A DNA stretch of 64,000 bases from Gemmatimonadota bacterium. GTDB lineage: Bacteria; Gemmatimonadota; Gemmatimonadetes; Gemmatimonadales; GWC2-71-9. Below the pieces are notes generated by a model. It was not told the origin of the DNA, did not search any database, and saw only the letters and a list, made by a program, of their open reading frames with translations. This document shows positions 43,710 to 53,352 of this stretch, one piece after another (the stretch's first letter is position 1; every line of letters begins with the position of its first letter). The stretch is from NCBI GenBank assembly GCA_009692185.1, contig SHZT01000009.1:49335-113334 (forward strand), read 5' to 3'. A program made the position numbers and the translations under genes.

Positions 43710-44840
43710 TCACGGGTGCAACATGGAGACAGGCGTGGGACAAGTCAACCGGTCGACTATCGAGGCAACGATCCGCCGGGTCACATCACCCGTCCGCGCC
43801 GCCGCCCCATTGGCCGCCAAGTCGGGCGTCACCACGCCCTCGGCCACGGCCGCGCGGGCGGCCCGTTCGACGACCGCCGCCTCTTCATCGAGCCCCAGCG
43901 AATACCGAAGCAACATCGCCGCACTCAAGATGGTCCCCACCGGGTTCGCCACGCCCTTCCCTGCGATGTCTGGCGCGGACCCGTGAATCGGTTCATACAG
44001 GCCGCGAACCGGCCGGATGCCGGCACCCTCCCCCAGTGACGCCGAGGGCAGGAGGCCGATCGAGCCGGCGAGCATCGCGGCCTCATCGGTGAGAATGTCA
44101 CCGAACATGTTCTCGGTCAGGATCACGTCGAACGCAGCCGGCCACCGCACGAGGTCCATGGCGCAGGTGTCCACCAGCAAGTGATCGAGCGCGACGTGAG
44201 GGAACTCCGATCTTACCACCTCAGTCACGACGCGACGCCACAGCCGTGATGTTTCCAGCACATTGGCCTTGTCCACCGACGTGAGGCGGCCCCGCCGGGC
44301 CTGCGCGAACGCGGCGGCCACGCGGGTGACCCGCGCGATCTCGTCCGTGGTATACACGCAGAGATCGGTTGCCCGCTCCGCGCCTGCCGCACCGGTGAGC
44401 GTCTTTTCGCCGAAGTAGATCCCCCCCGTGAGCTCGCGAACGACCACGAGATCAACGCCCGCCAGCCGGTCCGCCTTGATCGGCGACGACCCGGAAGACT
44501 CGGGCCACACAACGACGGGCCGGATGTTGGCGAACACGCCGAGCCCCCGGCGGAGACCCAGCAGTCCCTGCTCCGGCCGCACGGCACCCGTCCAACGAGG
44601 ACCTCCGACCGCTCCGAGCAGGACGGCGTCGGCGCTCCGGCAGAGCGCGAGGGTATCGGGCGGCAGCGGCTGGCCGGTCGCGTCAATCGCGGCCCCGCCG
44701 ATCCCCGCCTCCACGAACGTGAATTCGTGTCCGAAGGCGCGCGCCACGGCCTCGAGCGTGTCCCTGCCCGCGGCTACCACTTCGGGACCGATGCCGTCTC
44801 CCGGCAGCAAAGCAATCCTGGCGCTTCGGGGCGCGGTCAC
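43710..44840 (-). CDS. leuB: 3-isopropylmalate dehydrogenase
   Basis: Contains RIALLPGDGIGPEV, LLGAVGGPRW and NMFGDILTDEAAMLAGSIGLLPSASL. The GTG start overlaps the leuD stop (GTGA). Confidence 0.95.
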   Translation of the reverse strand: MTAPRSARIALLPGDGIGPEVVAAGRDTLEAVARAFGHEFTFVEAGIGGAAIDATGQPLPPDTLALCRSADAVLLGAVGGPRWTGAVRPEQGLLGLRRGLGVFANIRPVVVWPESSGSSPIKADRLAGVDLVVVRELTGGIYFGEKTLTGAAGAERATDLCVYTTDEIARVTRVAAAFAQARRGRLTSVDKANVLETSRLWRRVVTEVVRSEFPHVALDHLLVDTCAMDLVRWPAAFDVILTENMFGDILTDEAAMLAGSIGLLPSASLGEGAGIRPVRGLYEPIHGSAPDIAGKGVANPVGTILSAAMLLRYSLGLDEEAAVVERAARAAVAEGVVTPDLAANGAAARTGDVTRRIVASIVDRLTCPTPVSMLHP

Positions 44841-45463
44841 GCGTCGCTGCGGGAAACGGCGAGGGTCGAAATGCGGGCAGCGTGCGCGCTCTCGAATGCG
44901 GCAATGTCGGGCTCCGCGCCCGCGAGGAAATCCAGCTCGTCCACGCCCTTGAGGAGGCCGTACCGCGAGAAGGGCGGAAGGGAAAACGACGTCGTCCGGC
45001 CATCGGCCAACTCGATCGTCTCGTTCGCCAGGTCCACCGTCAGCTCGGTGCCCGGCACCGCCGACACGAGCACGCCGTGGAACCCGGGCTCCACCTGTAT
45101 CGGGAGGAGCCCGTTGGCCAGCGCGTTGGCGCGGAATATGTCGGCGAAACGAGTGCTGATAACGGCGCGAAACCCGGCATCCTGGAGCGCCCACACCGCG
45201 TGCTCGCGCGAAGAGCCGCAACCGAAATTGTGGCCCGCCAGGAGGATCTCGGCACCGGCCGCCCCGGGCTGATTGAGCGGGAATTCCACCTTCTGCGCCC
45301 CGTCGGCCTGGTAACGCCAGTCATGAAACGCATGAGGGCCGAGACCGGTTCGTTCCGTGGTCTTCAGGAACCGGGCCGGAATGATCTGATCCGTATCAAT
45401 GTCATTGCCAGGAATGAGCACCCAGTGAGATGTGAACCGTCCTATCGGCGCGCGCGGACTCAT
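44837..45463 (-). CDS. leuD: 3-isopropylmalate dehydratase small subunit
   Basis: Contains [13 protein letters not shown] and [17 protein letters not shown]. The start forms an ATGA overlap with the leuC stop. Confidence 0.95.
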   Translation of the reverse strand: MSPRAPIGRFTSHWVLIPGNDIDTDQIIPARFLKTTERTGLGPHAFHDWRYQADGAQKVEFPLNQPGAAGAEILLAGHNFGCGSSREHAVWALQDAGFRAVISTRFADIFRANALANGLLPIQVEPGFHGVLVSAVPGTELTVDLANETIELADGRTTSFSLPPFSRYGLLKGVDELDFLAGAEPDIAAFESAHAARISTLAVSRSDA

Positions 45464-46893
45464 GCGGCCACGCGCGCCAGTATGGTGCGGGGGTCGGTCA
45501 CCACTCCGGTCACCGCAGTAGCGGCGGCGGTCAGCGGGCTCGCCAGCAGCGTCCGTGCGCCAGGCCCCTGCCGCCCCTCGAAGTTCCGGTTGCTGGTCGA
45601 GACTGCCAGCCGCCCCGGTCCCACCCGGTCGTCGTTCATAGCGATGCACATCGAACAGCCCGCCTCGCGCCACTCGGCGCCGGCGTCCCGGAACACGCGA
45701 TCGAGACCCTGCAACTCCGCCGCCCGTTTCACCTGTTGAGAGCCGGGAACCACCAGCATGCGGACGCCATTTGCGACCCGGTTTCCCCGCAGGACTCGAG
45801 CGGCCGCCGCGAGATCGGACAGCCGCGAGTTCGTGCAGCTGCCGAGGAATACAATGTCCACCGGCGTGCCGGCCAGCGCCTGGCCGGGCCGGAATCCCAT
45901 GTAGGTGAGTGCGCGTGACAGGCTCTCCCGCTCCCGTTCATCCTTTGCCTCGGCCGGATCGGGAATGAGCCCGTTCACCGGAATACTCATGCCGGGATTC
46001 GTCCCCCACGTGATCATCGGCGCCAGGGCCTTGGCATCCAGGTGGACGTGCCGGTCGTACACCGTGCCGGCGTCGGTGGACAGCAGGCGCCAGTCCGTCA
46101 CGGCCCGCTCGAACGCCGCGCCCTTCGGCGCGGCAGGGCGGCTCGCCAGGTACTCGAACGTCGTATCGTCCGGGGCGACCATGCCCGCCCGTGCGCCCGC
46201 CTCGATGGACATGTTGCAGAGGGTCATCCGCTCTTCCATCGAAAGCGACCGGATGGCTTCCCCGTTGTACTCCAGCACGTGACCCGTGCCGCCGCCCACG
46301 CCGAGCCGGCCGATGATCGCGAGAATCAGGTCCTTGGCGGTGACGCCGGGGGCGAGCCGCCCGTCCACCCGGATCTCCATGGTCTTCGGACGGGTCTGCA
46401 AAAGGCACTGCGTTGCCAGGACGTGCGCCACCTGGGACGTGCCGATGCCGAACGCGAGCGCGCCGAATGCGCCGTGCGTGCTCGTGTGGCTGTCGCCGCA
46501 CACCACCACCATCCCTGGCTGTGTGAGGCCAAGCTCCGGGCCTATGACGTGCACGATTCCCTGGCGATCATCTCCCAGCGGGAAGAGCGGAATGCCGTGC
46601 TCGGAACAGTTCCGCGCGAGGTGATCGAGTTGAGACCTGGCGGCGTCATCCACCACTGTCAGGCGGCTAGCCCCCGGGGTGGTGGGCGTCGAATGGTCCA
46701 TCGTGGCGAGCGTTTGATCGGGTCGGCGAACCTTGAGACCGCGGGCCGCCAACTCGGCGAACGCCTGGGCGGACGTGACCTCGTGCACGAGGTGGAGGTC
46801 CACGTACAGCACGGCCGGCGTGTCCCTTGTCTCCGGCCGCACCAGATGGGCGTCCCACACCTTGTCGAACAGCGTTCGCGGTGCCGCGCCCAT
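45460..46893 (-). CDS. leuC: 3-isopropylmalate dehydratase large subunit
   Basis: The aconitase-family motifs are [30 protein letters not shown] and CSMCIAMN. Confidence 0.95.
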   Translation of the reverse strand: MGAAPRTLFDKVWDAHLVRPETRDTPAVLYVDLHLVHEVTSAQAFAELAARGLKVRRPDQTLATMDHSTPTTPGASRLTVVDDAARSQLDHLARNCSEHGIPLFPLGDDRQGIVHVIGPELGLTQPGMVVVCGDSHTSTHGAFGALAFGIGTSQVAHVLATQCLLQTRPKTMEIRVDGRLAPGVTAKDLILAIIGRLGVGGGTGHVLEYNGEAIRSLSMEERMTLCNMSIEAGARAGMVAPDDTTFEYLASRPAAPKGAAFERAVTDWRLLSTDAGTVYDRHVHLDAKALAPMITWGTNPGMSIPVNGLIPDPAEAKDERERESLSRALTYMGFRPGQALAGTPVDIVFLGSCTNSRLSDLAAAARVLRGNRVANGVRMLVVPGSQQVKRAAELQGLDRVFRDAGAEWREAGCSMCIAMNDDRVGPGRLAVSTSNRNFEGRQGPGARTLLASPLTAAATAVTGVVTDPRTILARVAA

Positions 46894-48554
46894 TACGGTG
46901 CGGCGGCCGGCGCGGGGACCCCGGGAGCCCCGGGCTCACGCCCGGGGTTAGCTGGACTCACCCCGGGGCTGGCTGACCCCGGGCGTAAGCCCGGGGCTTG
47001 CGAGGATCCCGCAGCCGCGTCCCGCGCGGCCAGCAGGTGGTTCAGCGCCGATACGTACGCCTCCGCCGACGCGGTCACAATGTCTGCCTGAACCCCGTGC
47101 CCCAGGTACACCACCCCGGTATGGAAATCGCGCACCCGCACGGTCACCCGTCCCACGGCATCGATACCCTCGGTCACCGCGTGCACCTGGAACTCGCACA
47201 GTTGTCCCAGCTCACCCAGCACGCCGTTGACCGCGCGGCACACGGCATCCACCGGCCCATCCCCCGTTCCCGAGGCCGTGGCCAGCGACCCGTCGGGGCA
47301 ACGCATGCGCACCGTTGCCGTCGGGATTGTATGTGTGCCGCACGTGACCTGGGCCTGGTCCAGTTCATAGCGGCCGGAAGACCCCTCCGGCGCGCCGCCC
47401 GCGAGCGCGCGAAGGTCGCGGTCGTCGAGCACCTTCTTCCGGTCGGCGAGCGCCTTGAACCGGTCGAACACCGCGCGAAACGGCTCGTCGTCCAATTCGA
47501 TACCAAGCTCACACAGCCGTTTCCGGAGCGCGGCGCGGCCGGAGTGCTTGCCCAGGACCAGCAGGCTCCCGTCTCCCCCCACTGATTCCGCCGTCATGAT
47601 TTCGTAGGTCGCGCGGTGCTTGATCACCCCATCCTGGTGAATCCCGGCCTCGTGGGCAAAAGCGTTGGAGCCGACCACGGCCTTGTTGGGCGGCACGTAC
47701 ACGCCCGTGCACGCCGACACGAGGCGGGACGTCCGGGCGATTTCCTGCGTCGCGATACCCGTGTCCACGCTGAAGTAGTCCGGCCGCGTGGCAATCGCCA
47801 TGACGACTTCCTCGAGTGAGGCGTTGCCGGCGCGCTCCCCGATCCCATTCACGGTACACTCCACCTGGCGGGCACCCGCCCGCACACCGGCCAGTGAATT
47901 AGCGACGGCCATGCCAAGGTCGTCGTGGCAATGGGTGGACACCACCACGCCGGGGTGCTTCGATGCCTGCGCCACCACGCGCTCGATGAGGAAACCGTAC
48001 TCGGCGGGAGTCAGGTAGCCCACCGTGTCCGGAATGTTGAGCGTCGTCGCGCCGGCCTCGATTACCGCCGCCAAGACCTCCGACACAAACCCCCAATCGC
48101 TGCGGCCGGCATCCTCCGGCGAGAACTCCACGTCATCAACGAACGTGCGAGCCAGCGTCACGGCGTCCGCCGCACGCCGGAGCACTTCTTCCCGGGTCAG
48201 GCGCAGCTTGTGCTTGAGGTGAATATCGGAAGTGGCAATGAACGTGTGGATGCGCCGCCGGCTGGCATCGCGGATGGCGGCCGCGCAGGTCGCGATGTCT
48301 CTCTCGGCCGTACGGGCGAGGCCGCACACGATGGGCCCGCGAGCGGAACCCACCCGCTGGGCGACGGCGCTGACCGCGTCCACCTCCCCGGCCGACGCCG
48401 CCGGAAACCCAGCCTCGATCACATCTACGCCCAGCCGCGCCAACTGCTCAGCCACTTTCAGCTTTTCCGGCAGGGTCATGGTGCAGCCCGGGGCTTGCTC
48501 CCCGTCCCGCAGGCTCGTGTCGAAAATCCGGACTCGGCCCCGCACTTCGCTCAT
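46893..48554 (-). CDS. leuA: 2-isopropylmalate synthase with repeat-encoded C-terminal extension
   Basis: Contains [35 protein letters not shown] and a LeuA dimerisation/regulatory domain. The last 40 or so residues (..[38 protein letters not shown]) are read through palindromic repeats. Confidence 0.9.
   Translation of the reverse strand: MSEVRGRVRIFDTSLRDGEQAPGCTMTLPEKLKVAEQLARLGVDVIEAGFPAASAGEVDAVSAVAQRVGSARGPIVCGLARTAERDIATCAAAIRDASRRRIHTFIATSDIHLKHKLRLTREEVLRRAADAVTLARTFVDDVEFSPEDAGRSDWGFVSEVLAAVIEAGATTLNIPDTVGYLTPAEYGFLIERVVAQASKHPGVVVSTHCHDDLGMAVANSLAGVRAGARQVECTVNGIGERAGNASLEEVVMAIATRPDYFSVDTGIATQEIARTSRLVSACTGVYVPPNKAVVGSNAFAHEAGIHQDGVIKHRATYEIMTAESVGGDGSLLVLGKHSGRAALRKRLCELGIELDDEPFRAVFDRFKALADRKKVLDDRDLRALAGGAPEGSSGRYELDQAQVTCGTHTIPTATVRMRCPDGSLATASGTGDGPVDAVCRAVNGVLGELGQLCEFQVHAVTEGIDAVGRVTVRVRDFHTGVVYLGHGVQADIVTASAEAYVSALNHLLAARDAAAGSSQAPGLRPGSASPGVSPANPGREPGAPGVPAPAAAP
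46919..46996. repeat. cluster of CCCCGGGC-NNNN-GCCCGGGG palindromic hairpins (REP-like)
   Basis: The hairpins are at 46928-46947 (loop TCAC) and 46977-46996 (loop GTAA), with a CCCCGGGG palindrome at 46961-46968. The 46977-46996 copy is the exact reverse complement of 28582-28601. Confidence 0.85.
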
Positions 48555-48755
48555 GGAACGCCGTCTGCCTGGGAGAGGCCCGTTTCCGAAACGGGGAACT
48601 CCGTGGGTTGGTCGTGCTGGGCCGGGCGCCCGGATGCCGGCCTCGGGCGAGGGGCATTTCGTTCCGGCGCGCGCTCGGTGCCATGCTCGGGCGGATCATC
48701 AAACGGTGAATTCGGTTTCATCGCATGCCTCATTGAGCGTGGTGACGAAACGAAG

Positions 48756-48786
48756 CGGCCCCCCTCACGATTGCCGTGGGAGGGGC
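48756..48786 (-). promoter_or_regulatory. hairpin in the leuA leader (possible attenuator/terminator)
   Basis: A 12-bp stem (one mismatch, one G-U) is followed on the minus strand by GCTTCGTTTCGTC. It lies about 200 nt upstream of the leuA ATG. Confidence 0.3.
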
Positions 48787-48955
48787 CGCAGGAAGCTCGA
48801 AGATTATCGCGCTACTCGGACCGTCCTCCCAAGCGAGGTGTTCCCAGCAGGCCCAAGGCGTTCCCCGGCAGGACGATTCGAAGGTTGTTCATATAGACCG
48901 AACTGGACGATGGCCAGGGGGCCGCCCGGTGTCAATGACCGGACCCCCTTAGGAC

Positions 48956-49927
48956 TTACGGTACGAGCAGGACCTTCCCGGTTGTCAGCCGGCCCTCCAG
49001 CGCCCGGTGCGCCTCGGCGGCCTTGCCCAGCGGGAACTCGGCGCCGATCCGGATCTTCAGTTTCCGGTCCCTCACCCAGCCCAGGACCTCGTCCGCCCGC
49101 TGGACCAGTTCCTCCCGCTCGGCGGTGTACGCATGCAACGTCGGACGGGTCAAGAACAACGAACCCTTGGTGTTGAGAATGCCCGGATCCAGCGGCGGCA
49201 CCGGGCCGCTCGACTGGCCGAAGAGGACCATCATGCCGCGGCGCCGGAGGGAACTCAGACTCTTGTCGAACGTGGTCTTGCCGACGCCGTCGTAGACGAC
49301 GTTCACGCCCTTCCCGCCGGTGATGCGCTTCACCTCGGCTTCGAAGTCCTGCTCGGTATAGCGAATCACGTGATCCGCGCCGGCTTCCCTCGCGAGCGCT
49401 TCCTTCTCGGCGGTCGAGACCGTCCCGATGACGGTTGCGCCCTTGAGCTTCGCGACCTGGCAGAGGAGCAGTCCCACACCGCCGGCGGCGGCATGAACCA
49501 GGCACGTGTCTCCAGGCTTGAGCGGATAGGTGGACACGGCGAGATAATGAGCGGTCATGCCCTGGAGCATGACGGCGGCACCGTCCCGGTATGAGAGCCC
49601 GTTCGGCAACTTCACCACGCGGTCTGCCGGCACCGCCTGCATCCCGGCATACGATCCCTGGACGCCGGTGTAGGCCACGCGGTCACCGGCGGCGAAGCCC
49701 GTCACGCCCTCGCCGACGCCAACGACGTCGCCGGCGCCTTCCTGCCCGGGAATAAACGGAAGCTCCTTGGCCTTGTAGAGCCCGGTGCGGAAATACGTGT
49801 CAATGAAATTCACGCCAATCGCGTGGAGCTTCACCACCACGTTCCCGGGGCCCACCGTGGGATCGGGAAGGTCCTCGAACCGAAGCGCCTCCGGCCCGCC
49901 GGTCTCGTGAACCCGAACTGCCTTCAT
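48956..49927 (-). CDS. qor: NADPH:quinone oxidoreductase (zinc-type ADH superfamily)
   Basis: Contains MKAVRVHETGGPEALRFEDLP and the Rossmann stretch AAGGVGLLLCQVAKLKGATVIGT. Confidence 0.85.
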   Translation of the reverse strand: MKAVRVHETGGPEALRFEDLPDPTVGPGNVVVKLHAIGVNFIDTYFRTGLYKAKELPFIPGQEGAGDVVGVGEGVTGFAAGDRVAYTGVQGSYAGMQAVPADRVVKLPNGLSYRDGAAVMLQGMTAHYLAVSTYPLKPGDTCLVHAAAGGVGLLLCQVAKLKGATVIGTVSTAEKEALAREAGADHVIRYTEQDFEAEVKRITGGKGVNVVYDGVGKTTFDKSLSSLRRRGMMVLFGQSSGPVPPLDPGILNTKGSLFLTRPTLHAYTAEREELVQRADEVLGWVRDRKLKIRIGAEFPLGKAAEAHRALEGRLTTGKVLLVP

Positions 49928-50131
49928 CTATTGGAGCGTGTCGAGTCGCGCATTGCGCGCCGCAGCCGAGTCCTGCACCCGAAGCGCGCCCTTCACGCCC
50001 GGGGCCCCCGGCAGCCGCGTTTCGCCGATCGCGCTGTCGCGCTGCCGCTGGGTCATCACCTTCTTCGGGTCCGCCTTCCCTGCATCGGAGCAGGCGGTGA
50101 CCAACGCCAGGACTGCCAGAATGCGTCTCAT
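49928..50131 (-). CDS. small lipoprotein, hypothetical
   Basis: MRRILAVLALVTAC carries a lipobox. The protein is 67 aa and abuts the qor start. Confidence 0.45.
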   Translation of the reverse strand: MRRILAVLALVTACSDAGKADPKKVMTQRQRDSAIGETRLPGAPGVKGALRVQDSAAARNARLDTLQ

Positions 50132-50147
50132 AGTCCTCCTTGCATGG

Positions 50148-51707
50148 TCAGTCTAAGCCAAATTCCTTCAGCTTGCGATACAACGTTCTCTCGCCAATCT
50201 CGAGCTTCTGCGCCGCCCGCCGCCGGTTCCCCCGGGACTCCCGGAGCGCCGCCTCGATCGCCGCCCGTTCCACCTCGCTCATCTTCATCCCGGGCCGATA
50301 CACCACCTCGCCGCTTGCGGCCGCGAGAGCCCCGTCCGTCCTGCCCGTCCCGTCCGTCTGGTCGGACTCATCCACCCTGACTCCCACCTCGTACGCCGGC
50401 ACCCGCCCCATGTCGATCACTTCGACGCGTTGGGGCGATTCGTCGATTCGGTGACGCAACTGCTCGATCTGGAGCTTGAGCTCAACCAGCGACCGGAATA
50501 TGAACTCCAGTTCGTGACCCTGGAGCCCCGCGCCCCCACCCGCGCCCGGCCCAGGCACGCGCATCGGAAGGAGGCGTGTCCCGCCTTCCTTCACATCCCG
50601 CGGAATGTCGTTCGCCGTGACCTCGCGCCCGTGCGCCAGCACGACCATGGACTCGATGAGATTCCTGAGCTCGCGTACATTGCCCGGCCAGTGCGCGTTC
50701 ACCAGGATCTGCATCGCTTCGGCCGTGAGCCCCACGAACTGACGCCCATGCTGTGCGGAAAGCTCACGCACGAATTTGCGGATCAGGAGCGGGATGTCGC
50801 CCTTCCGCTCGCGAAGCGGCGGCAGGTAGATGGACAGGACGTTCAGCCGGTAGAACAGGTCGTCGCGGAACTGCCCGATCGACACCTGCTCCTTGAGCGA
50901 CCGGTTGGTTGCCGCGACCACCCGTACATCTACCCGGATCGCCTCGGCGCCGCCCACCCGGAAGAACGACTGGCTCTCGAGGACGCGGAGCAGCTTGACC
51001 TGCGTCGAGAGCGGCATCTCACCGACCTCGTCGAGGAACAGCGTCCCGCCGTTGGCCAACTCGAAACGCCCCAGCCGCCGCTCGGCCGCGCCGGTGAACG
51101 AGCCCTTTTCGTGGCCGAAGAGCTCGGACTCTAGAAGTGTCTCAGGCAGGGCCGCGCAATTGACCGCGACGAACGGCTTGGCGCGCCGGGGCGAGAGCGC
51201 GTGGATACCCTGCGCCACCAGTTCCTTGCCCGTGCCGGACTCCCCCTCGACCAGCACCGTCGAGGACACGGGCGCCATCTGCTCGATCTTGACCAGCACT
51301 TCCTGGATCGCCGGGCCTTCGCCGATGATGCCGGTCCGCTCCTGGAGCCGGCGGCGTTCGATGAGCCGCCGCGCCCGGGCGACGACATCGGCGGGGTCCA
51401 CCGGTTTCACCGCCCAAGCGGTGAGGCCGAGCCGCTGGGCGACCCGTGGCGGGTCTGCCTCGGTCGGCTCGAACAGGCCCAGCGTGGACACCGAACGGTC
51501 CCGTGCCATGGCGATGAGATCGGCAGCCGGCCGCTCATGGACCGCGCCACTCAGGATGACTACGTCGGGATCGGCGCCCGTGAGCACCGCGCGCACGTCG
51601 TCCATGGACGAAACCATCGTGGTGGCAAGACCGTCCTTCTCGAACGCCGCGTTGGCCCGCACGGCGGTCTCGAGGTCGTCCATGGTCAGCAGGACGCGGT
51701 CCGTCAT
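50148..51707 (-). CDS. sigma-54-dependent response regulator (receiver, AAA+, Fis-type HTH)
   Basis: Contains [11 protein letters not shown] (Walker A), the GSFTGA loop (GAFTGA type), FLDEVGEM and a C-terminal HTH ([20 protein letters not shown]). Confidence 0.9.
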   Translation of the reverse strand: MTDRVLLTMDDLETAVRANAAFEKDGLATTMVSSMDDVRAVLTGADPDVVILSGAVHERPAADLIAMARDRSVSTLGLFEPTEADPPRVAQRLGLTAWAVKPVDPADVVARARRLIERRRLQERTGIIGEGPAIQEVLVKIEQMAPVSSTVLVEGESGTGKELVAQGIHALSPRRAKPFVAVNCAALPETLLESELFGHEKGSFTGAAERRLGRFELANGGTLFLDEVGEMPLSTQVKLLRVLESQSFFRVGGAEAIRVDVRVVAATNRSLKEQVSIGQFRDDLFYRLNVLSIYLPPLRERKGDIPLLIRKFVRELSAQHGRQFVGLTAEAMQILVNAHWPGNVRELRNLIESMVVLAHGREVTANDIPRDVKEGGTRLLPMRVPGPGAGGGAGLQGHELEFIFRSLVELKLQIEQLRHRIDESPQRVEVIDMGRVPAYEVGVRVDESDQTDGTGRTDGALAAASGEVVYRPGMKMSEVERAAIEAALRESRGNRRRAAQKLEIGERTLYRKLKEFGLD

Positions 51708-52240
51708 TTGTGGTCCGTGGGAGCGCCGGCCAGCAACTGAACGGCGTGCTCGATGAGCGGCTCGAGGACGGTCAGCCCTTCCTTCACGCCTGACGGACTT
51801 CCGGGGAGGTTGACGATGAGCGCCTGGGCCCGCGTTCCCGCCAGCCCGCGGGACAACGCGCTGCGCGGCGTGTTCGCCTGCCCCGCCGCCCGAATGGCCT
51901 CGGCAATGCCGGGGGCCTCGCGCTCGATCACCGCCCGGGTGGCTTCGGGCGTGACGTCCCTGGGAGACAATCCGGTACCGCCAGTGGTCAGGATCACCTG
52001 CGCCACGTCGTCATCCGCCCAGCGGGAAATAACGGAGGCGATGCGGTCGGTTTCATCCGGCACGACTTCGCGGGCGGATACCTCGTAGCCGCGGGCGGCC
52101 ACCCAGTCGGCGATGGCCTTGCCGGACGTGTCCTCTCGCTTCCCCTGGAAGCCGAGGTCGGAAATGGTGAGCACAGCTACTCGAACCGGAGGGCGTCGCA
52201 CGGCCGCCGTACTTTTCCCTTTTCCCTTTTCCCTTTTCAC
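51704..52240 (-). CDS. mog: molybdopterin adenylyltransferase / MoaB-Mog family
   Basis: Contains [27 protein letters not shown] and NLPGSPSGV. The called GTG start (52240) reads [10 protein letters not shown] from the heptamer repeat. The real start may be an internal GTG (..AVRRPP). Confidence 0.8.
   Translation of the reverse strand: MKREKGKGKSTAAVRRPPVRVAVLTISDLGFQGKREDTSGKAIADWVAARGYEVSAREVVPDETDRIASVISRWADDDVAQVILTTGGTGLSPRDVTPEATRAVIEREAPGIAEAIRAAGQANTPRSALSRGLAGTRAQALIVNLPGSPSGVKEGLTVLEPLIEHAVQLLAGAPTDHK
52212..52239. repeat. (CTTTTCC)n heptamer tract, which reads (GGGAAAA)n on the coding strand, at the gcvT/mog junction
   Basis: There are three exact heptamers and one partial copy. 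Confidence 0.9.
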
Positions 52241-53352
52241 GCCTTTGAAGCTTTCGCTTTCCTCGCACTTCCCTGCCGGTAGAACGGCATCCGTACCACC
52301 TCGGCTTCGATCCGCTTCCCGCGCGAGTCCACCTGGAAGCGCGTGCCTGGCTCAACCGAATGCGTGGGAAGGAACGTGGTGCCGATGCCTTCCTTGAGCG
52401 AGGGGCTGAATCCGCCGCTCCGGACGACGTCGATCTTGGTATCCCGCAGGTACACGTCGTACCCGTGGCGCGGAATCGCGCCCCGGTCGATCATCCGGAA
52501 CCCCACGAGCTTCCGCGTGACGCCCTTTTCCTTGATCGCGCGCAGGGCCTCCTGGCCCACGAACGGCTCGGCCTTGTTGAGCTTCACGATCCAGCCGAGC
52601 CCGGCCTCGTACGGGTTGATCGTGTCGTCGATGTCATTGCCGTAGAGCGCGTACCCCATTTCCAGCCGCAACGAATCCCGGGCACCCAGGCCGATCGGTG
52701 TCGCCCCGCCGGCTTCCACCAACGCCTTCCACATCACCCCCGCGTCGCGGTTCCGGAAATACAGTTCGAATCCGTCTTCCCCGGTGTAGCCCGTGCGGGA
52801 GACGAAGCACTGCACGCCGGCGATATCGCCGACCTTGAAGTGGTAGTACCCGATGTCATGCAGCGGGACCTGGGTGAGCGAACGCAGCAGCGTCTCCGCC
52901 TTGGGGCCCTGCACGGCGAGGAGTGACACCTCGTCCGAAATATTCCGGAGGCGTACGTCTCCCGACCGCCGTGAAGAGATGTGGGCCCAGTCCTTCTCGA
53001 TATTCGACGCGTTGACGACCATCATCAGCTTGTCGCCGAACTGGTAGACGATGCAGTCGTCCACCACGGTTCCCTGGTCGTTCAGAATGGCCGAGTACTG
53101 CGCCTGCCCGATATCGAGTGTCGAAACGTCGTTCGAGGTCATCCGGTTTACGAAGTCATTCCGCTCGCGGCCGGTCACTTCGAACTCGCCCATGTGGGAC
53201 ACGTCGAACACGCCGACCCCCGTGCGCACGGCCTCGTGCTCCTTTGTAATGCCGGTTGGGTACTGTACCGGCATCTCGTACCCGGCGAACGGGACGATCT
53301 TGCCCCCGGCCGCCACATGGAAGTCGTAGAAGGGCGTGCGTTTGAGTGTCAT
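52237..53352 (-). CDS. gcvT: glycine cleavage system aminomethyltransferase T
   Basis: Contains MTLKRTPFYDFHVAAGGKIVPFAGYEMPVQY and FDVSHMGEF. The start is chosen at 53352 (ATGA overlap with the argF stop). Confidence 0.95.
   Translation of the reverse strand: MTLKRTPFYDFHVAAGGKIVPFAGYEMPVQYPTGITKEHEAVRTGVGVFDVSHMGEFEVTGRERNDFVNRMTSNDVSTLDIGQAQYSAILNDQGTVVDDCIVYQFGDKLMMVVNASNIEKDWAHISSRRSGDVRLRNISDEVSLLAVQGPKAETLLRSLTQVPLHDIGYYHFKVGDIAGVQCFVSRTGYTGEDGFELYFRNRDAGVMWKALVEAGGATPIGLGARDSLRLEMGYALYGNDIDDTINPYEAGLGWIVKLNKAEPFVGQEALRAIKEKGVTRKLVGFRMIDRGAIPRHGYDVYLRDTKIDVVRSGGFSPSLKEGIGTTFLPTHSVEPGTRFQVDSRGKRIEAEVVRMPFYRQGSARKAKASKA

Noticed and set aside
50132-50147. A sigma-54 promoter (TGGCAC-N5-TTGC) associated with the sigma-54-dependent regulator.
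   Set aside because: The TGGCAC-like strings I found (for example about 23183 and about 54364) lack a correctly spaced TTGC/GC element or lie inside CDSs. No convincing -24/-12 promoter could be supported by eye.
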